DNA of 20,000 nucleotides, taken from an uncultured virus (IMG/VR IMGVR_UViG_3300025404_000001) (Duplodnaviria > Heunggongvirae > Uroviricota > Caudoviricetes). Position numbers and translations under genes: made by a program. Below the pieces are notes generated by a model, which did not search any database, was not told the DNA's origin, and saw nothing but the letters and a program-made list of their open reading frames with translations. Location of the stretch: IMG/VR virus record IMGVR_UViG_3300025404_000001; one strand, 5' to 3'. Positions 6,487-16,306 of this stretch are shown here, piece after piece; positions within the stretch are counted from its first letter, which is position 1; each line of letters starts with the position of its first letter.

Positions 6487-8654
6487 TCGGTCCACGGCAC
6501 ACCTCCTCCGATATACTTATCAAACTCTCGTCGCAGGTCGTCGAGTGGAACTTTGAAATGCGCGTAGCTCGTATCGCTTTCCGTCATTCGCGCGCTGATC
6601 TTTCTCTTCTTGAAACTCGGAGCCATCTGGCAGAGTATCTTTCCGAAGTTCACGTCGTTAGGCAACCGGCCTTTGATGTTACGATTGCCAACCCAACGGC
6701 GAAGCGCGTCTCGCAATCTGTTGGTTGGTATTGACTCCGGCCACTCTCCTCCCCAGTCTCCGCCGGCGATCGTGCCTGCTGCTAGGGTGTCGTACCACCA
6801 TTGAGGTACGGGTTCTAAAGATGAGATCTTCTGGGATACGAGGCCAACCGTATTGGGAGCCAGATTCACATCCTGGGTGATTTTGTAATCCATCAGATAA
6901 CGGAGCAGATAAGCCGCTCCTCCCTGTTCGTCGAGACCGAGGCGCATCTCCTCGAAATACTTCCGGTCCTGTTTCCTGCCTTCACCGACCTCAAAAACCG
7001 CCCAACGGCGCTCGTCAGCGCTCGCCGGCACAAGCCATTCCTCATTGCCGATCACAACCACTCTGGTCAAGTTCCGAACCGTATACGACTCCTTACCTTT
7101 CGGCTCGATCAAATGCTCTTCACCTGTCACCAGATCCTTAACTACACCTTCGGCCTCTTTATCTCCGCTCCAGAACGCTTCGTCAAGAATGAACAGCAAT
7201 GTCTTCTGCAAATGCCCGGTAAAGTTGCTGACAAGGTATCGGCGCCGCGCCGTGGTCATGGCGTGACCACCGAGCAGCTTGCTAATCCTTTCAACACAGG
7301 CGTTTTTACCCACACCTTTCCCGCCGCGGAAGACGATCGCCACTAAGGGCTTCTCAAAAGGCCGTTGAATTAAATGAGCGAACCAACAAGTTAACCAATC
7401 GGCCAATTTCTTATCTCGGCCGCAAACATTCTCAAGGACGTGTTCTTTCCATCGCTCAACCATCGGATGATCCCCGGTATCCGCTGGGTTGACGGCAAAA
7501 CCGCGCCACATGTTGAACCAGCGGGCGCCGACATCCAAACCCGGTTCAAAAACCAGACCGTCGAAACTTCGTCTCCCGAGCCACTCCATCCACATCTGAG
7601 CGGTAGGCTTGGTCTTGTCTCCGACCTGCATCTTGTTGGCTGCGTGAAGGTCTAAAAACGACTGCTTGCTCATCAAATGAAACGCGTAGTCGCCCTTACG
7701 ATCAGTGGTCTCCCACAAAATGTTTCCGGTACCTCCAGCGAAGACGAACGCAAAACTCTGATTAAGTTTATCGAAAGGGTGGAGTTTGTCCTCGATTGAT
7801 TTGACTTCTTCAATCGGAGGAAAAACCGCCTCTGGAGCGGCAATGCCCGCGGGATCTTTTCCATACTTGAACGCGTTGCGAACTTTTGTTTCGAGTTCTT
7901 CCTGGCTCCAAGGAGGAGAACACCGTTCGTTCCATGAAGTCATCAGCTCAAGAGTCTGGTCGACGTCGCATCCGAAGTCTTTCAAATGTGCGGCAACTTT
8001 GTATGTCTCGGCATCTCCCCCCTGGCCTTCGGTTGCCGTGGGAGCGTAAGATGCAAGCCACGCGGCGGCGCGCTGCGCGGCCCGGCCGGGCTCGATACCA
8101 GTAAGAGGCTTAGAAGCGGTGCTAACGTGATTGCGGGCGGCGCCAAGCCGTCGAACAAGCCACTCAGGAGCTGGTGCGATGTGGGCTTTGTGAGAGATGA
8201 TGTACTCTTTGCCGTCAATGTTTGATCCCGGCCCCAAAACATATCCGCCTCTACTGCGGATGTCTAGTCCGTTCCCCAAGGTGTCGGTCCCTTGCCTCAA
8301 CGCTTTGGGAACCCGATAGTAGAGATGCCGGCCCTTCGACGGCGTGGTAATTTCAAAAGTCTCCGGCAGCTCGAAGCCATCCATCTCCAATTTAAGGAGG
8401 CTGATATCACCTCTCTTTTTGGCTTTCACATCGACATCCACCACCACCAGCGCCTCATTTTCTCCAAAATGAGTTGTGGAGATGCCAACATTTTTCGGCT
8501 GGCCGTTCCACCAAGCTTCGACTTGCGCTGGGTCTGTAGTCGCGCGGTTGGGAAAGTCTTTAATTGCTGGAAGCTTGGAATTTACAGCGCACGGAAAAAC
8601 ATGGAGGCCTCCAGCAGCCAGGCGGAGCGCGAATTCTGATTGAGGAGTTGACAC
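6483..8654 (-). CDS. Bifunctional DNA primase/polymerase (Prim-Pol) fused to a D5/DUF5906-like NTPase helicase domain
   Basis: VFPC...K.P, N.GI.T, VVDVD, TPSKGRHLYY, DIRSRGGYVLGPGS; Walker A GGKGVGKN, Walker B ILDE, GN and DERRW motifs. Confidence 0.93.
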   Translation of the reverse strand: MSTPQSEFALRLAAGGLHVFPCAVNSKLPAIKDFPNRATTDPAQVEAWWNGQPKNVGISTTHFGENEALVVVDVDVKAKKRGDISLLKLEMDGFELPETFEITTPSKGRHLYYRVPKALRQGTDTLGNGLDIRSRGGYVLGPGSNIDGKEYIISHKAHIAPAPEWLVRRLGAARNHVSTASKPLTGIEPGRAAQRAAAWLASYAPTATEGQGGDAETYKVAAHLKDFGCDVDQTLELMTSWNERCSPPWSQEELETKVRNAFKYGKDPAGIAAPEAVFPPIEEVKSIEDKLHPFDKLNQSFAFVFAGGTGNILWETTDRKGDYAFHLMSKQSFLDLHAANKMQVGDKTKPTAQMWMEWLGRRSFDGLVFEPGLDVGARWFNMWRGFAVNPADTGDHPMVERWKEHVLENVCGRDKKLADWLTCWFAHLIQRPFEKPLVAIVFRGGKGVGKNACVERISKLLGGHAMTTARRRYLVSNFTGHLQKTLLFILDEAFWSGDKEAEGVVKDLVTGEEHLIEPKGKESYTVRNLTRVVVIGNEEWLVPASADERRWAVFEVGEGRKQDRKYFEEMRLGLDEQGGAAYLLRYLMDYKITQDVNLAPNTVGLVSQKISSLEPVPQWWYDTLAAGTIAGGDWGGEWPESIPTNRLRDALRRWVGNRNIKGRLPNDVNFGKILCQMAPSFKKRKISARMTESDTSYAHFKVPLDDLRREFDKYIGGGVPWTE

Positions 8655-8966
8655 TTACTCACCCCGAGAAAAGTAGAATTCCATCATGCAATTGAAAGCC
8701 GCTGCAGCCAGATGTGCCTGCAAAGTCCCTAGCTTGTCGTGTGGAACCCTAAGCAAGTAGTTCGTCAGATGGCCTCGGGCGTGGTAGATGTTTGAGTCTG
8801 TCTGGTGACGCGGAATCCTTCGTATTCCGTCGTTCGCTTCAAATGCATCGGCGCCGAACTTCTCGTGGCCCAGGCGGCCGATGTCGTTCATGAGGGTGAG
8901 AAAATCGTTGTCGAGAAATTCGTATTGTTTTCCACTACCTGTGGATTTGATGTTGATTTCGTCCAT
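8655..8966 (-). CDS. dATP/dGTP diphosphohydrolase-like protein (DUF5664-like)
   Basis: G.LG.EKFG, H...HL, HLAAAAFNCMM motifs; GGAGA RBS. Confidence 0.6.
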   Translation of the reverse strand: MDEINIKSTGSGKQYEFLDNDFLTLMNDIGRLGHEKFGADAFEANDGIRRIPRHQTDSNIYHARGHLTNYLLRVPHDKLGTLQAHLAAAAFNCMMEFYFSRGE

Positions 8967-8975
8967 CAATTCTCC

Positions 8976-9227
8976 TTACCGATTCGCCAGCCTAACAAGC
9001 ACATCGCCGTGGCAAGACTTTGGGCTGCACCAGCAGCCGAGAACTTTTCCCCGCAATTCCGGCAAAGCGTTCATAAGCTGCGGTTGTGTTTCGATCCACG
9101 TTTCATACTTGGCGATTACATCCTCGCGCGTGCCGTCTTTCCCGATGACGAACGGATTACCCCATTTGGACGGCCGTCCGATGTACACGTCGAAAGTTTC
9201 CCTTTTACAATGCACTACCCGTTCCAT
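8976..9227 (-). CDS. DUF4326 family protein
   Basis: VYIGRPSKWGNPF...LRGKVLGCWC.PK.CHGDVL signature. Confidence 0.9.
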   Translation of the reverse strand: MERVVHCKRETFDVYIGRPSKWGNPFVIGKDGTREDVIAKYETWIETQPQLMNALPELRGKVLGCWCSPKSCHGDVLVRLANR

Positions 9228-9379
9228 TGCTTCCTCTTCGGATCCGGTTTGATCCGCTCACCGCACTTACTGCAATATGCTTCGCGCTCCTCGAAGTCAA
9301 ACAGAATACGCTCTCCTGGGTCAATGTCACGAGTGCAACTTACGCATTCACCTTTGAATTTGGCGTTCATCCAGTTCAT
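9215..9379 (-). CDS. Small zinc-ribbon protein (54 aa, absent from the ORF track)
   Basis: MNWMNAKFKGECVSC...I..GERI...YCSKCG; two CxxC; ATGA coupling. Confidence 0.65.
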   Translation of the reverse strand: MNWMNAKFKGECVSCTRDIDPGERILFDFEEREAYCSKCGERIKPDPKRKQWNG

Positions 9380-9483
9380 CGGTTTTTTCCCTTCGTTGCC
9401 ATTATGAATCTGTGCATGGCCACCGCTTCCTTCTTTCGGATAGCCACTTTAGCTCGCTTTGACTTGCGATTTGCTTTATACAT
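9376..9483 (-). CDS. Small basic peptide (35 aa, absent from the ORF track)
   Basis: GGAGG RBS; MYKANRKSKRAKVAIRKKEAVAMHRFIMATKGKNR; coupled to the next ORF. Confidence 0.45.
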   Translation of the reverse strand: MYKANRKSKRAKVAIRKKEAVAMHRFIMATKGKNR

Positions 9484-9492
9484 TCGAGCCTC

Positions 9493-11541
9493 CTACTTGC
9501 GATATCTCTTTGCGTGGAATCCTTCTGCGGCCAACGGCAACCCTTTCGCCCATGCAGGCGTTTCCGACATGATCGCTGTCATCCGCTCCAACACATACTG
9601 GGCGCGAAACTTTTGTACCTCGGCCACAATTTCGTCGTGAACGTGAAAAATTACAGAAAGATCCTCAGCTTCAGTCCTCACCATTGCCTCGGCCAGCAGA
9701 TCCCGCGAGATCGCCTGAGTCATGTTCTCAGCGAGCGACCCCCCGTATGTAGAAACTCTCTGCCACCGTCCTTTGGAGTTCGGATCGGGCAGGATCTTCG
9801 CCTTTTTCTTTTGAGTCTGGTCAACCACGGTCATGAAGGTGAGTTGCTCTTTTTCCTCACCCCAAGGGGTTGTGACCATTCTCAACTCAGGATAGGGATA
9901 GCACAGAACGCGGCCGGAGGGAAGCAGAGCCCACAGGAAGGAACCAGCCTTGCGGAACTTCACTTCCCGACCGCGCGCGCCGGCACTCGTGACGTTTCCG
10001 TTGCGCATGGCGCCAAGGACGGCCTCTTCAAGGTCGTACCAGTAACCGACGATCTTTTGATTCGCAGCGCGCCATGCTTTTTTAATCTCGTCAGCTTGCT
10101 CATCCGGGACATGAACGCTATAGGTTCGGGCCATCGCCTGAAAAGCGCCTAAGCCTCCTTGATATGCCATACTGAGCCGCACAACCTTGCCTATTTGACG
10201 TTGAGCCTTGGTAACCTCTTCCATCGGTACATGGAAGACACTCGCGGCATCATGCTCGTATATCTTCCCGTGTGTTCTGAAGACTTCCAGAACTGACTCT
10301 TGCCCGGCCAACCAGGCGACAGCGCGCGCCTCGATGGCAGAGAAGTCACAGGCGACCAACTCATTTCCTTCGCCCGCAATCAGCATCCCGCGGATACAGT
10401 CAGAGATCGCCGCCATGCTCGGGCCATAGAACAGATCGAACATATCTTTGTCGCCGAGCATCGAGAACATGGACTCTATATCTTCCTGCGTGATCCTGGC
10501 ACGAGTCCTAAAAAGATTGTGTGGCTGTATCCCCCGACCGGCCCACCGGCCTGTCGATGCGGTATGGAACTGGTGCATGTTGCGGATACGGCCGTCGGCC
10601 GAAGCCTTCTCTCTCATGGCGATCAGTTTAGCCGTGGAGGACTTAGCCGCCTCCTGGCGGAGTTCGAGAGCGCGACGGACCGCTAGAGGAAGGCCGATAG
10701 GCGCAATATCGCCTTCGTCTGAAAGACCGTCTTCGTCTTCAACCCCAGCCAGCGCATTCAACACATCCGCCTTGGCCAGGCCGTCCATCTGAACACCTTG
10801 CGCAGCGATCCACTTGCCAAGCATTTGGACTTCGTTGCAGGAGCCAACAACTCCGCCCGTGACCTGATACATCTCGGCGTTCAAACGCTTCTGCTCCGAT
10901 TGGATGATTGCAATCGCTTTGTCAACTGAAGCGAGATCGCACATGACGCCGCGGTTGTTGATCTTGTGATCCAACTCCCAAAGATCAAGTTCCGAAGGAC
11001 TGAGTTCCATCAACCGATCGAGACAACCCAGCTCCGTGCGAACATCTTGCTTGTTGTAGGCGTAGAGAATCAGAAACTTGTCGAAGTCATCTTCGCGGCG
11101 CCACATTGAGCCGTCTTTTTTCGGCTTCGACAGTTGCAGCATGATCCTGTGACCAACGGCATCCTTGCGCTGGTCCACACCAAGCGCTGGCGCGGCGTCC
11201 TCCAAAGCGCCGGGCAGCGCCATGGCATAGGCCCGGACCATTGAACAGCGGACCTGAGTGATCGGTAGAGAAGGCCAGCCGTATTTGGGAACACAACAGA
11301 GATTCCAGATCGACCACTCAAACGCGGCATTCCATGCCGTGATGATACCGCCGGCGGCGATGTGAGCCCTTAGATCTTCAGGGAAAGGCTCACCCTCCAC
11401 CCAGGTTTTAATGTGCTCTGGATCAGGGCCATACGAGAAACAATGCGCTCCGGTGGAAGGATGGGTAGCATAGTTATGCAAGCCTGATTTCTTCAGGTCT
11501 ACTTCGGAATAGGTTTCAAAATCACCACCGAGGCTTTGCAT
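9493..11541 (-). CDS. Phage DNA polymerase, family A, with 3'-5' exonuclease domain
   Basis: ExoI DFETYS, ExoII WNAAFE, ExoIII YNKQDV, TGRWAG, motif A DFSAIEAR, motif B RQIGKVVRLSMAY, motif C HVHDE. Confidence 0.96.
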   Translation of the reverse strand: MQSLGGDFETYSEVDLKKSGLHNYATHPSTGAHCFSYGPDPEHIKTWVEGEPFPEDLRAHIAAGGIITAWNAAFEWSIWNLCCVPKYGWPSLPITQVRCSMVRAYAMALPGALEDAAPALGVDQRKDAVGHRIMLQLSKPKKDGSMWRREDDFDKFLILYAYNKQDVRTELGCLDRLMELSPSELDLWELDHKINNRGVMCDLASVDKAIAIIQSEQKRLNAEMYQVTGGVVGSCNEVQMLGKWIAAQGVQMDGLAKADVLNALAGVEDEDGLSDEGDIAPIGLPLAVRRALELRQEAAKSSTAKLIAMREKASADGRIRNMHQFHTASTGRWAGRGIQPHNLFRTRARITQEDIESMFSMLGDKDMFDLFYGPSMAAISDCIRGMLIAGEGNELVACDFSAIEARAVAWLAGQESVLEVFRTHGKIYEHDAASVFHVPMEEVTKAQRQIGKVVRLSMAYQGGLGAFQAMARTYSVHVPDEQADEIKKAWRAANQKIVGYWYDLEEAVLGAMRNGNVTSAGARGREVKFRKAGSFLWALLPSGRVLCYPYPELRMVTTPWGEEKEQLTFMTVVDQTQKKKAKILPDPNSKGRWQRVSTYGGSLAENMTQAISRDLLAEAMVRTEAEDLSVIFHVHDEIVAEVQKFRAQYVLERMTAIMSETPAWAKGLPLAAEGFHAKRYRK

Positions 11542-11570
11542 CGCTCATCCTCTAGTCCTCTTTCTCGCTC

Positions 11571-11599
11571 AAAAATCAAGGGCCGTGTGACCGGCCCCT
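11571..11599 (-). terminator. Probable intrinsic terminator between the SSB and polymerase genes
   Basis: Minus strand AGGGGCCG-gtcaca-CGGCCCTT followed by GATTTTT. Confidence 0.6.
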
Positions 11600-11615
11600 A
11601 AATAGCTGCGATTCC

Positions 11616-12191
11616 TCAGCCGAAGATCGAAGTCGCTGTCTTTCCCAGACCTGATGCTTCGGCGGGAACATCAACCGGTTCGAAGACCTTCGATGCTGGA
11701 ATGCGGCCGCTGCCGAGAGGATCGTCGTCGCGCAGTTTCTGCACATTCTGAAGCCCGAAGCTGACGCCTTTGTTACCGGCGTTCTCGTAAGCAAAGGCGC
11801 GAACCTGGGCACGATACCAGGCGCCCGAGTACACATCGCTGTCGTCGATGATGTCCTGCAGCTTAGCATCGACGATGCCGGGCCGGCGGTCTTCGTTAGC
11901 GGAGAAGCTCATGATAATCCAATCGTCTCCAATGCCGACAACCGGATTCTCCAGTTCATCGTTGGTGCGGAAGGGGGAACGTAGGGTCTTCGGAATCTTG
12001 TCTCCCCACTTCTCTTGAGCGGCGGTTTTAGCTTGCTTTTTGAGCGCATCCAGCTTGGCCGTCGGCGGAAACGCGGCGCGGATAGAGTACTTCGCTTTGT
12101 TGACGGTGCCATCCGCGTTCTTCATGCTTGTTGCCTTGAAGACGCTGATGAAAGCCGCGCGGAATTCGGGCGTGATAACGTTGTCGACCAT
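11616..12191 (-). CDS. Phage ssDNA-binding protein (DUF2815 family)
   Basis: KYS, P..VD, VYSG.W.R..V..FAY...GNKGVSFGLQNVQKLRD.DPL signature. Confidence 0.92.
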   Translation of the reverse strand: MVDNVITPEFRAAFISVFKATSMKNADGTVNKAKYSIRAAFPPTAKLDALKKQAKTAAQEKWGDKIPKTLRSPFRTNDELENPVVGIGDDWIIMSFSANEDRRPGIVDAKLQDIIDDSDVYSGAWYRAQVRAFAYENAGNKGVSFGLQNVQKLRDDDPLGSGRIPASKVFEPVDVPAEASGLGKTATSIFG

Positions 12192-12282
12192 TTTGAACTA
12201 CTCTCCTTTGTGAGTTTTTGTTGGCAGTTGTCAGTGTCGGTTATCGGCTAGAGAGCGCAAATGCTCAGGCCTTACGAGATTG

Positions 12283-13518
12283 TCAATCGAGAATACCGAC
12301 TCCGGCCGCAATTGCCGGAGTCTCGGCACCAGAGAACGCAGCTTTCGCATCGATCCGAATCGGATCGCGCTTATCGCTCACGTGAACCAGAGTGTGACCG
12401 CTCGACTCTTTTTTGACAAACGGTTCGAGCATAGCATCCCGTTCCTTGGCGTTTTTGCCCGGCGCCAGTTTCACAGCATCGGTGATGCCGATCAGTTCTT
12501 TCGGCTTGTAGAGCAATTCCTCTTTGCATCCGAGATGCTTCGCCAAAGCGTAACCTATGTCCGGAAGTCCCTCTTTCCACTTACGGACGGCCTGCTTCTC
12601 GACCAGTTTGTAGTCGGGAATCTCCGTTCCCTTCTCAGCCTCGCTGTAAGCGAATTCGCGGGTATTCTTGATCCAGCCTTCCAAGATCGGAAGGAAGTCA
12701 AGGGTCCTCGCCAAGGACATGGGATCATAAGGAAGACCGGGGGCAAAGACCTGTTTGGCCAAAGACTGCGCCCTGCTTTTAAGCGCGGGACACTTGGGAG
12801 CGGCTAGGCACCAGCGACATCCTTTCTCTGAGGGCTTGAGAAAATTTCCCTCCCAATCTTTCGACCCTTTAGCCAGCTCCGCCAAGGCGACGCGCTCGAC
12901 GGCTTCCAAGACATCCGCGTGCAAGTCCAGGAGTTCAGCCGCATCGAAGTCAACGCTACGCACCAGGCCATCGGGATGGTCATAACGTGGTTGGACGATA
13001 CCGATGTTGACCACTCGCGCCGGCAGCTTCATGGTCATCAATGCCGCCAAAGCGTAAATATGGAGTTGGACATTCCGCTCCACATTGACCGGCACACCGG
13101 CGCCATATTTGAAATCCCGGATGTAAAGCGTAGCTGTCTCCGGATGCCAAACAACAAAATCCGCAGTCCCGTAAACATCCTCATTGACCGCGACTTTCTT
13201 CTCGATGAAGACTTTGGAATCCCGAATCGCAAGACCGAGGCATTCGTCGATATAAACCTTGACGTGCTTCTCCATCTCCTGTTCTTCGGCATTAGCGGGG
13301 GAGGGTTTCCCCCCATGTTGCGCGAAGTGCATAATGAGCCATCGCTCGGCGAAGGCATGCGCACGGGTGCCTTCCGCCGCATACTCAGACTCATCCTGCG
13401 GCATCCCGGCACTCAGAACGACCGAGCCAGGGCAGGTCATCCAACGCTCCGCCCCGGAAGGAGGGAGTTTGGAGTGAGCGCTTGGACGGACTAGAGCGAG
13501 ACCGGCCGCGCTATCCAC
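12283..13518 (-). CDS. DUF2800 family PD-(D/E)XK (Cas4-like) nuclease
   Basis: HSKL.PS...RW..CPGS, A.EGT.AH, GTAD, DFKYG.G, QL..YAL, CRWC...C. Confidence 0.92.
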   Translation of the reverse strand: MDSAAGLALVRPSAHSKLPPSGAERWMTCPGSVVLSAGMPQDESEYAAEGTRAHAFAERWLIMHFAQHGGKPSPANAEEQEMEKHVKVYIDECLGLAIRDSKVFIEKKVAVNEDVYGTADFVVWHPETATLYIRDFKYGAGVPVNVERNVQLHIYALAALMTMKLPARVVNIGIVQPRYDHPDGLVRSVDFDAAELLDLHADVLEAVERVALAELAKGSKDWEGNFLKPSEKGCRWCLAAPKCPALKSRAQSLAKQVFAPGLPYDPMSLARTLDFLPILEGWIKNTREFAYSEAEKGTEIPDYKLVEKQAVRKWKEGLPDIGYALAKHLGCKEELLYKPKELIGITDAVKLAPGKNAKERDAMLEPFVKKESSGHTLVHVSDKRDPIRIDAKAAFSGAETPAIAAGVGILD

Positions 13519-14188
13519 GGAGGGCCTCAGCGAGAGCGTTCAGTTTGAGAGGTTCCAAAGCAAGCGCCTCGGTGACACGATTGCAACCGAAGGTCTTGAG
13601 CTGATTGATCGCCTCTTCCATCGAATGCTTGGCGATGTAACCGTTGAGCAGGGATCGCAGATCCTCCGCGGAAATCGGCTTGGCGGCAAGAGCGTCAGCA
13701 ACGGCCTGGACGGCGGGTTGAGCCTGGACGGCAGGTTGAGTTTGGACGGCGGGTTGAGCCTGGACGGCGGGTTGAGCCTGGACGGCAGGTTGAGTTTGGA
13801 CGGCGGGTTGAGCCTGGACGGCAGGTTGAGCCTGGACGGCAGGTTGAGCGACTGGAGATCCGGAGGCAAGAGCAGCCGCGGCTCGCGCTTGCGCTTCGTC
13901 AGCCGCAATCTCCGCCTTGGTACGCCGAGTGCGCTTAGGAGGGTCGGGGACCGGTCCGGCAGAGGGAACGGCAGGAGCGGTGTTAGGAGAGACTTCAGTG
14001 ACAGCTGTCACAACGGAAGATCCAACTGAAGTGACTGCCATCACAGGAATGTCAGATCCCGTGGAAGGTAAGGCTTGTTGTGGATTGAAGCTGACCAGTT
14101 GAGAATTTGGAAACAAGGAAGACAAGAGGGCAACAATTCCCTGAACTTCCGCCAGATTCATATAGTCGGTGTCGAAACTGATGTTCAT
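13511..14188 (-). CDS. Hypothetical phage protein with Pro/Ala-rich linker and helical C-terminal domain
   Basis: AAAGGT RBS before ATG 14188; KRTRRTKAEI, QPAVQA repeats, C-terminal L..FG..RV.E; usual position upstream of DUF2800. Confidence 0.75.
   Translation of the reverse strand: MNISFDTDYMNLAEVQGIVALLSSLFPNSQLVSFNPQQALPSTGSDIPVMAVTSVGSSVVTAVTEVSPNTAPAVPSAGPVPDPPKRTRRTKAEIAADEAQARAAAALASGSPVAQPAVQAQPAVQAQPAVQTQPAVQAQPAVQAQPAVQTQPAVQAQPAVQAVADALAAKPISAEDLRSLLNGYIAKHSMEEAINQLKTFGCNRVTEALALEPLKLNALAEALRG
13703..13846 (-). repeat. Eight 18-bp coding tandem repeats (QPAVQA/T)
   Basis: Units such as agcctggacggcgggttg read directly from the sequence. Confidence 0.95.
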
Positions 14189-14228
14189 TTTTACCTTTCG
14201 AATTTGTTCGTTGTGAAGATTCCAGTTC

Positions 14229-14257
14229 ACTGTAGATCACGTATGTTGCGGCGTCAA
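14229..14257 (-). promoter_or_regulatory. sigma70-like promoter TTGACG-N17-TACAGT
   Basis: cgtcaa 14252-14257, actgta 14229-14234; intergenic, upstream of ATG 14188. Confidence 0.6.
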
Positions 14258-14268
14258 GAAGAAAATTT

Positions 14269-15618
14269 TCAGAAGATTTTTGCAAGCTCCTTGACCTTGC
14301 GCATAAGTGCCTCGGAGACCCTTTCATCCGAGGATTTGAACAACGAAAACACCCTGACACGGACGAGGGATTTCTGATTGACTCCCTGCAATCGTTTGAT
14401 CGCCTGAGCGTTATCCCCAGGAACGAAAGAGCATTCAAGGAGAGCGCATTCAGTGCACGGAGTAAGATCGATGCCCACACCGGCGGCGATCAAATTTCCA
14501 ACAAACACGCGCGTGTCTTTTTGGCGCTTGAAGGCGTCGATATTTTCCTGGCGCTTCTTCGCGGGTGTTTCACCGTTGAGGGTTACCACACCGAACTTTT
14601 TCAAGCGCTCGGCCATCCAGGTGACACCTATTTTGAACACGCAGAAAATCACGATCTTGTCGATTTCGCCGCTTTCCAGATCAGCTTCAAGTTGATCGCC
14701 GATTGACGGCAGCTTCATCATCAGAGTGAAGCGCCTTAAAGTTGTTAAGCTGCTCGCGGTACGCTCGATCATGCTGACCTGCTTATCTGGTGCGAGAGCG
14801 GCCAGAGCCGCCTGCAAGTCCTTGTCCTCTTGAGCGAGCTTCGGCAGTAAGGGGATGAAGGACGGGTCCAAAGCGACGTCCGACCGCGGCACGGTGACGA
14901 TCTCGAAAGTGACAGGAGGCAGGTCGGGCATAACTTCCGCAAGAGTGCGCCTGCGCATGAACCCAGAGAGCCGGGCTTTCAACTCTTCAATGTTTTTGTT
15001 TCCGGAAATTTGGAATCCCCAATTCGTGTCAAACCCAGAACAAAAATGAAACGTAAAGTCCCAATAACTTTCCGGCGCCAGGCCAGCAGAGTGGAGGTGG
15101 GTCCAGAGTTCGGACGCATTATTCGGGCAAGGCGACCCGCTGAGACGCCAACAACGATCGGCGCTCGCGATGATACCAGGAGAATGCTTTCCATGGCCAT
15201 AGAAAGCGCGAGTGCGCTTTGCCGTGCGCTCCTTGCATAGATGGATCTCATCCCCAACTACCAAGTCCCATCGGACTGATCTAAGAAGGTCTTTGTAAGT
15301 CACAAGCGTATCGTAGCTGACGATAACTATGTTAGAAGTGTTCGGCCTCATTCCTGGAAAGACCACCTGTGTCGGCCGATCTAAAGGCGAGAACCTCTGG
15401 ATCTCCCTGGCCCAGTTGGCCCGCACACTCGCGGGACAAACAATCAGGCAATTCTTCAAGCCAAGCATATCGATTGCTCGAATCACACTTGGAGTTTTCC
15501 CGACTCTCATCTCATTGGCCAGAAAGGCTGAAGTCTTGGAAGTCAGCCATTTCGCGTCATCAATCTGAAAAAGGAACGGCGCTGCAAGTTCAGGGCGGAA
15601 GTCGGCGGTGAGAGTCAT
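14269..15618 (-). CDS. SNF2-family (SF2) DEAD/DEAH-box helicase
   Basis: EMRVGKT, LIVCPAS, DEIH, LSGSP..N, MRRR, G.GIDLT, QA..R motifs. Confidence 0.93.
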   Translation of the reverse strand: MTLTADFRPELAAPFLFQIDDAKWLTSKTSAFLANEMRVGKTPSVIRAIDMLGLKNCLIVCPASVRANWAREIQRFSPLDRPTQVVFPGMRPNTSNIVIVSYDTLVTYKDLLRSVRWDLVVGDEIHLCKERTAKRTRAFYGHGKHSPGIIASADRCWRLSGSPCPNNASELWTHLHSAGLAPESYWDFTFHFCSGFDTNWGFQISGNKNIEELKARLSGFMRRRTLAEVMPDLPPVTFEIVTVPRSDVALDPSFIPLLPKLAQEDKDLQAALAALAPDKQVSMIERTASSLTTLRRFTLMMKLPSIGDQLEADLESGEIDKIVIFCVFKIGVTWMAERLKKFGVVTLNGETPAKKRQENIDAFKRQKDTRVFVGNLIAAGVGIDLTPCTECALLECSFVPGDNAQAIKRLQGVNQKSLVRVRVFSLFKSSDERVSEALMRKVKELAKIF

Positions 15619-15755
15619 GAAAGAGCCTCATTTAGGCGCTTGGCTTTCTTAACTGCCATGTCGCCCATTAGTATCTCGTGCAGATCGTCGCGCGTGACCA
15701 AATCCGGAACTTCATCAATCGAGGCTGAGTAAACTTCAAATAATTCCGATTTCAT
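15615..15755 (-). CDS. Small hypothetical protein (46 aa, absent from the ORF track)
   Basis: ATGA overlaps at both ends, GGAGG RBS; MKSELFEVYSASIDEVPDLVTRDDLHEILMGD... Confidence 0.55.
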   Translation of the reverse strand: MKSELFEVYSASIDEVPDLVTRDDLHEILMGDMAVKKAKRLNEALS

Positions 15756-16306
15756 ATCTTTCCCTCCGTTTTGTTCGCAAAATACCTAGCAATCAGGCAC
15801 GCCTCAGCGCGGCCGTCGTCTTTGATCCGCTTGAAATCCGCCACACGCTCCGGCCATAGCTTGGTTGCCACTTCTCTGGCCCGCGACTTGACATCTGCCT
15901 GGGTCTCTCCTAGTATCCTATGCAGGCCCATCGCGTTTTTCCAAACGCTTGGGGGCACCAAGGTAAAAAGCAGGCCCAAGGCGCCAAGGACTCCATGGAC
16001 CACGCCGGCGGAAACACCGAAATTAAATGCACCAGCCTGCCGCGGCATCGAAGAGACCAGCTCGACCGCAGCACGAATCGATCCTTGGATCTTGCACATC
16101 TCGATGATCCCCGCCAGTTTCGCCGGATCAACCTTGCCGTCAGTGACAGGCATATCGAATACAGCTTTTACAGCTTTAGTCTCAAAGTCGAGCAACGCTA
16201 GGGCGCCTCCGATTCCGGGGTCGACGCCCAACACATATTGAGGACACAGCAGAGGTTGACGCAGAGACTGGGACTGTGCTTCCTGCCCTCGCAATGAATG
16301 TCTCAT
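15752..16306 (-). CDS. RuvC-like Holliday junction resolvase
   Basis: VLGVDPG..GALA, AVE.V, FNFG...G, V.P..WK, DDGRAEA.LIA. Confidence 0.9.
   Translation of the reverse strand: MRHSLRGQEAQSQSLRQPLLCPQYVLGVDPGIGGALALLDFETKAVKAVFDMPVTDGKVDPAKLAGIIEMCKIQGSIRAAVELVSSMPRQAGAFNFGVSAGVVHGVLGALGLLFTLVPPSVWKNAMGLHRILGETQADVKSRAREVATKLWPERVADFKRIKDDGRAEACLIARYFANKTEGKI

Noticed and set aside
8655..11541. 2-aminoadenine (Z) genome system
   Set aside because: No purZ or datZ-like gene in the window
12283..13518. Cas4 as part of a CRISPR-Cas system
   Set aside because: It is the standard DUF2800 nuclease of phage replication modules; no other cas genes or arrays are present
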